A stretch of DNA of 32,000 nt from Acaryochloris marina S15. Lineage in GTDB: Bacteria > Cyanobacteriota > Cyanobacteriia > Thermosynechococcales > Thermosynechococcaceae. The DNA lies in NCBI RefSeq assembly GCF_018336915.1, contig NZ_CP064925.1:240001-272000 (forward strand), given 5' to 3'. Under the pieces are notes generated by a model. It was not told the DNA's origin. It was given only the letters and a program-made list of their open reading frames with translations, and did not search any database. Shown one piece after another: positions 8,897 to 17,425 of this stretch. Each line of letters opens with the position of its first letter. The first letter of the stretch is position 1. The position numbers and the translations under genes were made by a program.

Positions 8897-10285
8897 CTAA
8901 GTAACTTTATCCAACCACACCACTTTCACCTCGCAATCATCCAGCTCAGCCAGTAGCTCCATATCCCAGCGCATCTGATCGGTGATAGCAGACAACGCAT
9001 TACCTTCCTCAACCGTCAGCTCATACTCATTCCCCCTGGGCTTAGGTTTGACCATCTGAAACTGACTCAAGACCTTTTCCTCGATCGCTTTTCTGACCGC
9101 ACCCTTCTTCCCTCCTGAAATCTCAACTGTCAACCTCACCTGAACCGCATTCAAGGGCAGATCTACCGCAGTAATCTTGGGCCAGTTCGCAGGCTCATTA
9201 ACGACAACTTCTAGTTCAATCGCCTCTTCTGCCACTGGCACCTCACTAAAAGCCACCAGCTCCTCCAGCGGCATGGGCTGTCGTTCCACTTCCCCTTTAC
9301 TTTCTAGGAACACCCCCTTAGCCGTCCGATACCGGACCTTCTGGGAATAGACCTCGAATGCCTTTACAGATCGCTGCCGCATCAACGTCATTGCCAGGTA
9401 AGCATCCATGCCATTCTCAATCAACTGACTGGCATAGGTATGCCGTCCTTTATGGGGATGAATATCCGGCCAGCCAGCATCCTGGGCCAAAGCTTTGACC
9501 AGCTTATAGATACCCTCATACCCCAACCGTTGACCCTTATTTCGATGACTCGTAGAGACAAACATCGGATCATCCGCTGTCATCCCTCCCTCACCGTCCA
9601 CCATCCGCACCCGAAGATTAGCCCGCAGTGCTTCATCGGTTTGCTCATCGACAGGCACCCGACCCACAGATCCATGCTTAGCCTGACGGATAGTGATTTC
9701 CACCCCGTTATAATCCCCAGCATTGAGATTAGAGATTTCCTCTGCTCGCATCCCGGCAAACACCATCAAACAGAGGATCGCCCGATCACGTCTCTGTGTC
9801 TTCCGCTTCTCCAGTGCCTCAAACAGTGCTTCAACCTGAAACAGCTCTAAATTCTTCCCCTCAGTCTCGGGCGTTACCGGAATACTAATGGCTGTACCGG
9901 GATTCTCCTCGATATACCCGGCCTTTCTCAGCCAGGAAAAGAAGCTCTTGAGGGCAGTTAATATTGCCCCCACCGACCCCTGTTTTAACTGCCGACCCGA
10001 CTCTAGATAAGTCTTGTATCGCTTCAGATCGTTCATGGTAATCTGATGCCAGTCCTTGTTCACCCACAGACTGAACTGCCGTAGATGACGTTCATAGTTG
10101 CGTCGGGTGTTAGCCGCCAGATTTTTCAGGGTGAGGAACTGTTCGATCCTGACTTGACGCAGATTCACTACCGCTGGCTTAGGCAAGGGCGTTTTAGATA
10201 CAGGTTTGCTCTCCTCTGGTTTTTCCGCGTCAAACTCAATGAGACGCACAGGTGGGATGTCGGAAATTTGAGAGAAACGCGACAT
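8897..10285 (-). CDS. Tyrosine recombinase / phage-type integrase with a ~130-aa C-terminal extension
   Basis: SAM-like N-domain: TRRNYERHLRQFSLWV...ILTALKSFFSWLRKAGYIEENP. Catalytic signature: AGMRAEEISNL (R), IRQAKHG (K), HPHKGRHTYAS (HxxR), AFEVYS (Y). About 130 further residues follow the catalytic Tyr. Confidence 0.85.
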   Translation of the reverse strand: MSRFSQISDIPPVRLIEFDAEKPEESKPVSKTPLPKPAVVNLRQVRIEQFLTLKNLAANTRRNYERHLRQFSLWVNKDWHQITMNDLKRYKTYLESGRQLKQGSVGAILTALKSFFSWLRKAGYIEENPGTAISIPVTPETEGKNLELFQVEALFEALEKRKTQRRDRAILCLMVFAGMRAEEISNLNAGDYNGVEITIRQAKHGSVGRVPVDEQTDEALRANLRVRMVDGEGGMTADDPMFVSTSHRNKGQRLGYEGIYKLVKALAQDAGWPDIHPHKGRHTYASQLIENGMDAYLAMTLMRQRSVKAFEVYSQKVRYRTAKGVFLESKGEVERQPMPLEELVAFSEVPVAEEAIELEVVVNEPANWPKITAVDLPLNAVQVRLTVEISGGKKGAVRKAIEEKVLSQFQMVKPKPRGNEYELTVEEGNALSAITDQMRWDMELLAELDDCEVKVVWLDKVT

Positions 10286-10343
10286 AAATTACACCACAGA
10301 GAACAAACTTCAAGATCACTATATTAGACCTGTGGTTTTAATT

Positions 10344-10364
10344 CCAGATTTTGTACCAAAATCT
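10344..10364. promoter_or_regulatory. 21-bp palindrome CAGATTTTG-TAC-CAAAATCTG, ~60 bp upstream of the integrase start
   Basis: Read directly: 9-bp perfect arms with a 3-nt spacer. It lies in the divergent integrase / Rpn-2 intergenic region. Confidence 0.35.
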
Positions 10365-10564
10365 GTATTACACAAAAACTTACACGAAAAAATGACTCTC
10401 CCAGACTCGTCTCTAGAATTCTTTCCCCGATTGACTTTGGAGATTCCGGTGTTCGCTGGTGGTCCTGGTCGGGCTGGTCTTTTGTCAGATCTGTAGGCCG
10501 CTTGACTCAAATTTATTGAGAAGAAACTCGGTGATACACTCAAGCAGCTAATCGAATGTGATAG

Positions 10565-11497
10565 ATGGAGAAGCGGGTGACACAGCAAGGGTCCATTGAC
10601 CACGATGGTTTGTTTAAAGAACTGATTGAAACGTTCTTTTGGGAATTCCTAGAATTGTTTTTGCCTCAAGTCTTGGACTATGTTGAACGTGGACCTGTGA
10701 TATTTTTGTCCCAGGAGGTCTACAGCAGTATTGGCGCTGAAGAGAAGCGCATTATTGATCTTCTGGCTCAAGTTCAATTCCGAGGTCAGGAGAGCTATTT
10801 CCTCTTTCACATCGAACCGCAATCGTCTGATCAGCCTGACTTTGAGAAACGAATGTTCTACTACTTTGGACGATTGCATGAGAAGCATGATCTGCCCATT
10901 TATCCAGTAGTCATATTCTCTTATGACAGCCCTCGTAAAGCAGCGGAAAGTAGCTACAAAGTTGATTTTCCCGACTTCCAGGTCTTGCAGTTCAATTTCC
11001 AAGCTATTCAACTCAATCGATTGAATTGGCGGGACTACTTGAGACAGAATAATCCAGTGGCTTCTGCTTTGATGGCCAAGATGCAGATTGCTAGAGAAGA
11101 TCGGCCCCAAGTCAAGGTGGATTGCTTGCGAATGCTAGCCACCTTGCAGCTTGATCCGGCGAGAACAGAGTTCATTTCTCAGTTTGTAGATACTTATCTC
11201 AGGCTGGAGGCAAATGAGGAGCAACGCTTTCAAGCGGAAGTTGATAGATTAGAGTCAGGAGAACGGGAAGCGATCATGCAAACTTTAACCAGTTGGGAAG
11301 AGAAAGGTTGGCAAAAAGGAGAGGCCACAATTGTTCTGCGTCAACTTCATCGGAAATTCAAAAAGCTGTCTCCTGAAGTTGAAGCCCAAATCCAATCCTT
11401 AGAGATTGAGCAGCTAGAGACGCTGAGCGAAGCACTTTTAGAGTTTGAAGGAATAGACAATTTAACCTCTTGGTTACAAAATTTGGAAACTTCCTGA
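10565..11497 (+). CDS. Second, divergent Rpn-family PD-(D/E)XK nuclease / putative transposase with C-terminal DUF4351
   Basis: HDGLFKELIETFFWEFLELFLP...IIDLLAQVQFRGQESYFLFHIEPQS...FEKRMFYYFGRLHEKHDLPIYPVVIFSYD gives the D...ExQ core. The C-terminus (IVLRQLHRKFKKLSPEVEAQIQSLEIEQLETLSEALLEF) is DUF4351-like. Confidence 0.8.
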   Translation: MEKRVTQQGSIDHDGLFKELIETFFWEFLELFLPQVLDYVERGPVIFLSQEVYSSIGAEEKRIIDLLAQVQFRGQESYFLFHIEPQSSDQPDFEKRMFYYFGRLHEKHDLPIYPVVIFSYDSPRKAAESSYKVDFPDFQVLQFNFQAIQLNRLNWRDYLRQNNPVASALMAKMQIAREDRPQVKVDCLRMLATLQLDPARTEFISQFVDTYLRLEANEEQRFQAEVDRLESGEREAIMQTLTSWEEKGWQKGEATIVLRQLHRKFKKLSPEVEAQIQSLEIEQLETLSEALLEFEGIDNLTSWLQNLETS

Positions 11498-11505
11498 ACT
11501 AACTT

Positions 11506-11612
11506 GGAAGCGTAACAGATTCCTAGCCTAAGATCATTCAGTCAAAAAATTACAGGAATTTGCCAGAAAATAGATAATTACTCAGCATAGACTAGGAATC
11601 TGTTACGCTTCC
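11506..11612. repeat. Perfect 21-bp inverted repeat (GGAAGCGTAACAGATTCCTAG / CTAGGAATCTGTTACGCTTCC) with a 65-nt spacer
   Basis: Arms at 11506-11526 and 11592-11612, read directly. It starts 9 nt after the Rpn-2 stop codon. Confidence 0.7.
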
Positions 11613-11629
11613 TGATTCAATTATCATTA

Positions 11630-11992
11630 TTGAGGAACTATATTTTGATGTCGCTACTCCAGACACCAAGTATTCTGTATAGAATGAAGGAGCAACAAAA
11701 TATCACAGGTAGGATAATTGCTCTATTGAGTAACATTGCTGGATTAGTCAATTACTTGGGCCTAGCCTGGTGGGCTGAGATCAACACATCATGCCCTACT
11801 TGCACATACTATTTTGGCCCATTTATAAGTCGTCAGGAAGTGGAAGTAGCCTTGCCTGGTTATATTGAAGATTTAGAATCTGAACAAGCTGAAAATATTG
11901 TCACTAATATTCAGCGTTGCAAGCCGGCCCAATTGACCAACTGCTATTTTGACGATTCCCAAAACTTACAAACGTTTGAACTTCAGAGTTAG
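11630..11992 (+). CDS. DUF1816-family small protein
   Basis: LAWWAEINTSCPTCTYYFGPFISRQEVEVALPGYIEDLESEQAENI matches the remembered DUF1816 core (WWVEI.T..P.CTYYFGPF). The track start is TTG. The ATGs at 11648 or 11684 are more likely true starts. Confidence 0.7.
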   Translation: MRNYILMSLLQTPSILYRMKEQQNITGRIIALLSNIAGLVNYLGLAWWAEINTSCPTCTYYFGPFISRQEVEVALPGYIEDLESEQAENIVTNIQRCKPAQLTNCYFDDSQNLQTFELQS

Positions 11993-12354
11993 TATCAAAT
12001 CTCTAGGCAATCTGTGGTTAGGTTGAAGGATTTTTAGAAATGCTGAGGGAAAGTTTAGGGCAGAGTCTAAGCATCATACAGTGATTGCAAGTCAGTACTA
12101 TTACCACTCATAGTCGGTATAAGCAAATAACATCTTTCAGATTAAAACTGCCCATCATCGAATTATCTTGCTGCATAAGGAACCTTGCCTTATTGAGAGG
12201 AGCAGGATGATGATGACCTAAGACCGTTCAGAGAACATCGCCCCCTAGTATCACTGTAGTTGATTCGTCTGAATCGAACCTAAGAGATGGGGGGATTTAC
12301 CATAGGGGCGGTCGGTAGTGCGCTAGCGAGGCATGGATCAATTTCCAAGAGGCA

Positions 12355-12443
12355 AGGGTAACACTTTTCCAATGAGATAAATCCTTAAAACCAATGTCTT
12401 GAATGGATTTCAGAGTATTTTGTAAAACTAAAAGTGTTACCCT
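12355..12443. repeat. 14-bp inverted repeat (AGGGTAACACTTTT / AAAAGTGTTACCCT) with a 61-nt spacer, just downstream of the minus-strand gene ending at 12484
   Basis: Arms at 12355-12368 and 12430-12443, read directly. An inner AAATCC/GGATTT pair lies inside the spacer. Confidence 0.5.
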
Positions 12444-12483
12444 CCTTTGGAGCATTCCTCATCCGCAGACATTGGGGTTTGTC

Positions 12484-12759
12484 TTACAAACTCTCTTTGT
12501 ATTGATTGGGCCGACACTCAATCACCATATCCATAACGTCTGGCATCACAATGATGAGCCGCTCAACCCCAATATCTAATCGGGCAATGGCATCAGCTTC
12601 GTGAAATAAAATTTCTGGTTCACTTAGATGCTGACAGTGGATATAGACCGTCTTTTTGTCTGGCTCATAACGCAACTGGCTACCCTTACACCACGGAAAC
12701 CGACGGCACAAGTAGTCTGATAATGCATGGATACAATTCATCAAGTATTCCTCAGTCAA
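12484..12759 (-). CDS. Hypothetical small Cys-rich protein (85-91 aa), abutting the DUF1830 gene
   Basis: Track ORF. The TTG start at 12759 lies 1 nt after the upstream gene's stop, and an ATG lies at 12741 (MNCIHALSDYLCRRFPWCKG...). No family recognised. Confidence 0.5.
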   Translation of the reverse strand: MTEEYLMNCIHALSDYLCRRFPWCKGSQLRYEPDKKTVYIHCQHLSEPEILFHEADAIARLDIGVERLIIVMPDVMDMVIECRPNQYKESL

Positions 12760-12760
12760 T

Positions 12761-13024
12761 TTAGGTTGCTTTGACAGTCAATTGCTTACAGGGAATACAG
12801 TCCACTTGAATAGCCGTGGCAATTTCACTGCTATGAACTTCAAGATGTGCTTTTCGAGGTGCGTTGAATATTAGATACTGCTGCGGGAAAATAACCCGCT
12901 CAAAGTACCAGTTCTCAACATTGGTGACCCGTAACACCTGAACCCGAGAGGTGGAGTTACGGTAACTGCAAAATACGAATTCTGACTGCTGAGGCTCAAG
13001 AGTTTTAATCATAGGTAATGGCAA
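12761..13024 (-). CDS. DUF1830-family small protein
   Basis: FCSYRNSTSRVQVLRVTNVENWYFERVIFPQQYLIFNAPRKAHLEVHS matches the remembered DUF1830 pattern (Y.N.T....I.RI.N...WYFERVV.P.....F.A...A.LEIH). The likely ATG start is at 13012. Confidence 0.7.
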   Translation of the reverse strand: MPLPMIKTLEPQQSEFVFCSYRNSTSRVQVLRVTNVENWYFERVIFPQQYLIFNAPRKAHLEVHSSEIATAIQVDCIPCKQLTVKAT

Positions 13025-13519
13025 ACCAGCCCTCAGATCCGAGTTCCAAGGGCTGGCTTGACGAATAATTTAAGTAGGAATTTATAAGCTGACCAGTGTT
13101 TTTTATTAGAAAGATATAATCCTCTCCAAGAACATTTCCCTTAGCAGGGATTTGTCGCTTTTATTATGACAATTACATTAACTTATTTATAGTTTCTTAA
13201 TAAAACCTTTTATAATGTCTTTATAATCTTCTTGATTTATATCCACTCTAGACTTCTGTGCCGAAAGCCAGTTCATGCTGATGGTGAATTGCTTTGAGGG
13301 ATTTAGTGCTTAGGTTTTGCATTCACCCATCTCGCTATCTATGGGATATTCATACAACCTGTTAGATGATAAGCGATAGCTCTATTTTTTACGTTTCTTA
13401 ATTTAATTCTCAGCTAGAGAAATGATTTAAGGGGTTGAATGTCCGTAACGAATCGCTAATCCAAGCCCTTATCTTGATTTCTGTGAAATTCTGCTGCAGA
13501 TAAATCTGCTTTTTAGCTA

Positions 13520-13696
13520 ATGACGCCGAAAATACCATCTCCGCCACATCAATTGAGCAAACTATTTTGGCTTTGTGCAATCCTGTTCGGCCTTATCTCA
13601 GGGCTGCTATTTCTAAGTCTCTATGGTTTCATTCGCTGGCGATGTTGCCTGGATGAGTTGCTATGTACCCTGCTCTTCCACTCGATCCAGTTTTAG
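13520..13696 (+). CDS. Possible 58-aa single-pass membrane peptide (below the track cutoff)
   Basis: Own translation: MTPKIPSPPHQLSKLFWLCAILFGLISGLLFLSLYGFIRWRCCLDELLCTLLFHSIQF, ending in a stop. It has one hydrophobic helix. There is no other support. Confidence 0.25.
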   Translation: MTPKIPSPPHQLSKLFWLCAILFGLISGLLFLSLYGFIRWRCCLDELLCTLLFHSIQF

Positions 13697-13700
13697 AGCA

Positions 13701-13973
13701 TCAACCCACTAGAGGACAATGATGTTGTTGTTGCGAGTCCGCGATATCACGAATCAGCATCATGTGGTCATACAGATAGCCTTCAGCAGCTTTCCGTTCA
13801 TCTGTTTTCATCGGTTGGCGATTTTCTAAGTGAGACAATACCCAGCTCACCAAACCTGAGTCATCAAGTCTCCCCAAAGAGTGGTAGGGAATCTCTTCAA
13901 TCATTTGCCAGAGTTGACGTAGAAGGGGAGTAGACATAGCAGTAAAATTACCTGATTGCTTGGGTCTATACAC
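13701..13973 (-). CDS. Hypothetical small protein (78-90 aa)
   Basis: Track ORF with a GTG start at 13973. An ATG at 13937 gives MSTPLLRQLWQMIEEIPYHSLGRLDD... No family recognised. Confidence 0.45.
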   Translation of the reverse strand: MYRPKQSGNFTAMSTPLLRQLWQMIEEIPYHSLGRLDDSGLVSWVLSHLENRQPMKTDERKAAEGYLYDHMMLIRDIADSQQQHHCPLVG

Positions 13974-14248
13974 ATTGTAATTTAATTATTTCTTAAGATG
14001 TGCAGTAATTTTGATCTTAAGAGATGAGCTTTAACTTTGGGGTCAAAGTATAGACATCTTCACGGCAAAGCACCTACGACCCCTTCAAGTAATACTTTTT
14101 ATTGCAACAAACGGCTACCATCATAAAGCGGGAAAAGACTTGAGTATTTCCAGATAGGATCGCACTCTTTTGAAGGTGAAATAGGAAAGAGTTCTGCGAT
14201 TAGTCACAGAGAGCTGTATCGTACCTTTGCAAGTCAACAGAGGAAACG

Positions 14249-15853
14249 ATGAGCCTGACAATACGAGAGCGCTGCCAAGCCGTCACTGATTGTCTGTTCA
14301 AACAGGGAGTAAAAGGGATTGCGAAAATTGCTGCTGCGACAGGTCTGTCAAAAAGCAGTGTTCATCGTCATCAACAGGCTATTGCTCGGCGTAACCAATA
14401 TCCAGAGTCACTATAGTGGGAAAGCCGGATAGGGAGTCAATGGCTCAGGATAATGGTCCTAGGAGTGGTGTACTATTTCGGCGTCAAACATGGGGTGGGA
14501 GCTGAGAGTCTATCAGAATTTTTTACAGCGATTCATGTCGATGCTCATGTGGGTGTTTCAGCTAGCTCTCTTCGGCTATTGAAACGCAAGATGCGGGACG
14601 CGATTATCGCCTATGAGGTTGCCCAACAAGAGCATTGCCAACCCAAAGAAGGTCAAGGAATCTGTGTCGGTGGGGATGAAACCTTTTTTGGTTTGCCTAT
14701 CTTAGTGATGTTGGAATTGGCTAGTGGCTTTATCTTCACAGAGGTGGAACGTCCCAACCGTACTTATGCAACCTGGCAAGTCCAGATTCAGCAGTGGTGG
14801 ACCCGCTGTGGATGGCATTTTCATTTTATGGTGAGTGATGGTGCTCCAGCCCTGATTAAATTAGCTGTGTCAGGCTTAGGCTGTGTCAGTGTTTCTGACT
14901 TATTCCATGCCCTGAGTGCCTTAGCCCAACCTATCGGCAGTGATATGGGTCGTCAAATCAGTCAGTTGAACAAAAAAGCGACTGTACTTCAACAGTAACT
15001 TCTCAACGTTCGTAGTGAGGCTAAACAGCAACAACTCCAACAATCAAGGGCAGAGATTTCTGCTCAGCAACAGTCTTTGGAGCAGGACAAGACGGCCTAT
15101 CATCAAGTTCTTCATCGCCTTACCCAAGTCATTCATCCGTTCAATATCAAGACTTTAGAATGGCAACTGTTTGATGATCTATCGGCTGAGTTGAATGCTC
15201 CCCTCGCCCAGATGTCTGCTCTAGCCAAAACCTATGGTGCTCAGAAGGGAAGCAAAACCATTGGCTCATTTCAACAATAGATTCCATCAATGGCTCAGGG
15301 GATTCATGCTTGGTGGCAATGGGTGACTCAAGCGCTAAAAGTATCCACGGATGATCTAGAGCTACAAAACTGGGTACTCATGTACTTATTACCCTGGACT
15401 TATTGGCAACAGCAAACGGACAAAACCCGGCATCCTCAACTCAAATCAGATTATCAAAAGGCGGCTGAACGAGCTTATGAACAGTTGCTTAAGCACCCCA
15501 TAACTCAACAGATGGACTCTCAAAAAAGCCAGGAGTAGGCAGACTGGGCGCAATGGATGAGTACAAAGTATCAACGGACTTCCTCCGCAGTTGAGGGACG
15601 TAATGGCTATCTATCTCGATTACATCATGCAGCCCGAGGGTTCTCGGAAGAATCCTTGAAGGTACTCACCATCATCCACAATTTTGACCTCAAAAGAGCA
15701 GATGGCACTACCGCAGCACAACGGCTTTTTGGACATCCTTTTCCTGATGTGTTTGAGTCAGTTGTTAACTCTATGGGGGAATTGCCAGTGGCACGTCAGT
15801 CTTCAAAGACAAAACGGCTTAACCCTTTAACCCAAACTATTTTCCCGGCTTAA
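14249..15853 (+). pseudogene. DDE transposase-like gene (HTH N-terminus, DUF6399-like C-terminus) broken by four in-frame stop codons
   Basis: The ATG at 14249 opens MSLTIRERCQAVTDCLFKQGVKGIAKIAAATGLSKSSVHRHQ (HTH). The track ORFs 14453-, 15077-, 15290- and 15557- are all in the same frame as 14249. The only interruptions are TAG 14414-14416, TAA 14996-14998, TAG 15278-15280 and TAG 15536-15538. Candidate DDE residues lie in GGDETFF, MVSDGAPAL and SSAVEGRNGYLS. Confidence 0.75.
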
Positions 15854-15952
15854 ATTGATACCTTAATTAGCGATTGTTCTGGAGATTTTAACTCATTAAA
15901 AAGTGTTAGCCTGGTTTTAAAACGGTCGAACTAAGAGTTTAATGCTAAGCAC

Positions 15953-16483
15953 TTAACGTAGAGATACATTGGATAACGGGGATTGTGGTGGTTGATCAGT
16001 TTTTAGCTCAGTCCGACGACGCTTAGAAAGATGCTCTTCTGGGTCAATGCCTTCAAAGGTGGGTGGTAACCATACCCGAACGACAAGTAAAAAGGCCAAG
16101 GTTATTAAAAATACGCAAGTGACCAATACCTGTTGCCAAGGGGTTTCGAGAATACCGTGAACAATCATTTCTCGGAGGGCAGACACAATGGAGACTTCTA
16201 CAGTTACGCCAATGGAAACTCGCTTCTCACCCAAGTAAATAATCAAGAGACGAAATAACTCGACCAAAATCAGGAGAAATAGAATATCTGCGGTAACAGC
16301 TGCTAACTCCAGGGGTGGCAACAAAGACATAAACATATCCCGCAGTTGGAGCACCATAAAGCTAAATAAACCAATACAGAGGCAGATGACGATCAGGTCT
16401 TGCACAAATTCAAGACAACGGACTAAATTCCTGCGATTCATCCATTGCAGTTTAGAGAGGAGTGAGGTGTTCGAAAGGGGCAT
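15953..16483 (-). CDS. PsiE-family (phosphate-starvation-inducible E-like) membrane protein
   Basis: Four hydrophobic segments, plus ADILFLLILVELFRLLIIYLGEKRVSIGVTVEVSIVSALREMIVHG, which resembles the PsiE-family core. I prefer the ATG at 16483, preceded by AAGGAG 8 nt upstream, over the TTG at 16522. Confidence 0.6.
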   Translation of the reverse strand: MPLSNTSLLSKLQWMNRRNLVRCLEFVQDLIVICLCIGLFSFMVLQLRDMFMSLLPPLELAAVTADILFLLILVELFRLLIIYLGEKRVSIGVTVEVSIVSALREMIVHGILETPWQQVLVTCVFLITLAFLLVVRVWLPPTFEGIDPEEHLSKRRRTELKTDQPPQSPLSNVSLR

Positions 16484-16785
16484 AAACGTTATCTCCTTGG
16501 CTAGTTGGGAGCAAAAAAGCAATATAGAAGTTTGAGTCCGATCCGTGCTGTACCAACAAGAACAATAATGATTGCCAACCTTGCGATAATGAACTGCCGT
16601 TGAAGCATCTAGCTTGGATACTTGACTGGCTGCTGTAAATGATTCAAAGATCCTGTGGGATAGGAAAGGAACTCAAGCATCACCACCTCTATCTTCGCAA
16701 TGGAACGAATAGTCTGTAAAATGTCAATGATTTATTTCTCAAATAAGAAATATTAATGAATATATTGCCTAAATATTTATATAGA

Positions 16786-16801
16786 CTATATCTAGATATA
16801 G
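16786..16801. promoter_or_regulatory. Perfect 16-bp palindrome CTATATCTAGATATAG in the psiE-like / lysR divergent intergenic region
   Basis: Read directly. A second dyad, ATATAGAT-N7-ATCTATAT, lies at 17089-17111. Confidence 0.3.
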
Positions 16802-17425
16802 AATAAGCCTCTATCCCTATTTAGAAGATGATTTAGAGAATTTAGCAATCGCAGTAGCCCAGATAGGAATGCCAAGAGTCATAATTAAAGCTTATGATAG
16901 ATTTTGTTCTATGAATAATGCATGTAACATTTTATTTTATCTATGCTCAGATTAATATATTCTTAAAACAGATAAGATTTTTCGGTAAATCAAGCTTTTG
17001 GTTGATCAACAAACAGTAGTCGTAGTTTGTTTTGATTTTTTACGCCAAAAACCCAAACTTAAGTGTTTAGACTACTAATTAGTTATTTATATAGATCAAT
17101 TGAATCTATATTGATATCTCTGTGACTCAAGAGATGCTCGTAATATCAATGTACTTGTTGCTTAAGCTCTGTTAGCTCTTGAAAGTTTTTACAAATAAGC
17201 TGCGCACTTACCCCTGGATTACCTATGCCACTAGTTTGTTCACGATGACGTGGTCTGATGACCTCATAGCAAGTTATTAGAATCTGGTAATTATCTTCAG
17301 AGTCAATAGTATCCCTCCTCTTTAACTCTATTTGCTTTAGCTGAATTAAAAAGTAGACATTAGCCTATTGCAATAAAAAATATACAGAGGATTCCCACAA
17401 TATTTACTACTCCGGTGCAATCACT

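Noticed and set aside
8125-11110. Track ORFs 8125-8430, 9440-9850, 9885-10067, 10085-10327, 10319-10603 and 10649-11110
   Set aside because: They lie antisense to, or in alternative frames within, the well-supported Rpn and integrase genes, or span their promoter region. No motifs were recognised and the composition is odd.
12271-12280. GAATCGAACC string resembling the complement of a tRNA T-arm (GGTTCGATTC)
   Set aside because: The flanking sequence on the minus strand cannot form a T-stem, an acceptor stem or an anticodon arm. I do not consider it a tRNA or a convincing tRNA-derived att site.
13025-13056. Hairpin CCAGCCCT-N15-AGGGCTGG next to the DUF1830 start, considered as a terminator
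   Set aside because: The stem is only 8 bp. The element lies just upstream of the DUF1830 start codon (13012-13024) and has only a weak TTTG tail, so its role is ambiguous and it was not called.
15899-15911. AAAAGTGTTAGCC resembles the IR arm AAAAGTGTTACCC at 12430-12442
   Set aside because: It is only an 11-12/13 match of an AT-rich short string with no partner arm nearby, which is compatible with chance.
13974-15952. Terminal inverted repeats and a target duplication for the degenerate transposase-like element at 14249-15853
   Set aside because: I compared ~270 bp upstream with ~100 bp downstream (reverse-complemented) and found no convincing match of 10 bp or more. The element boundaries are left undefined.
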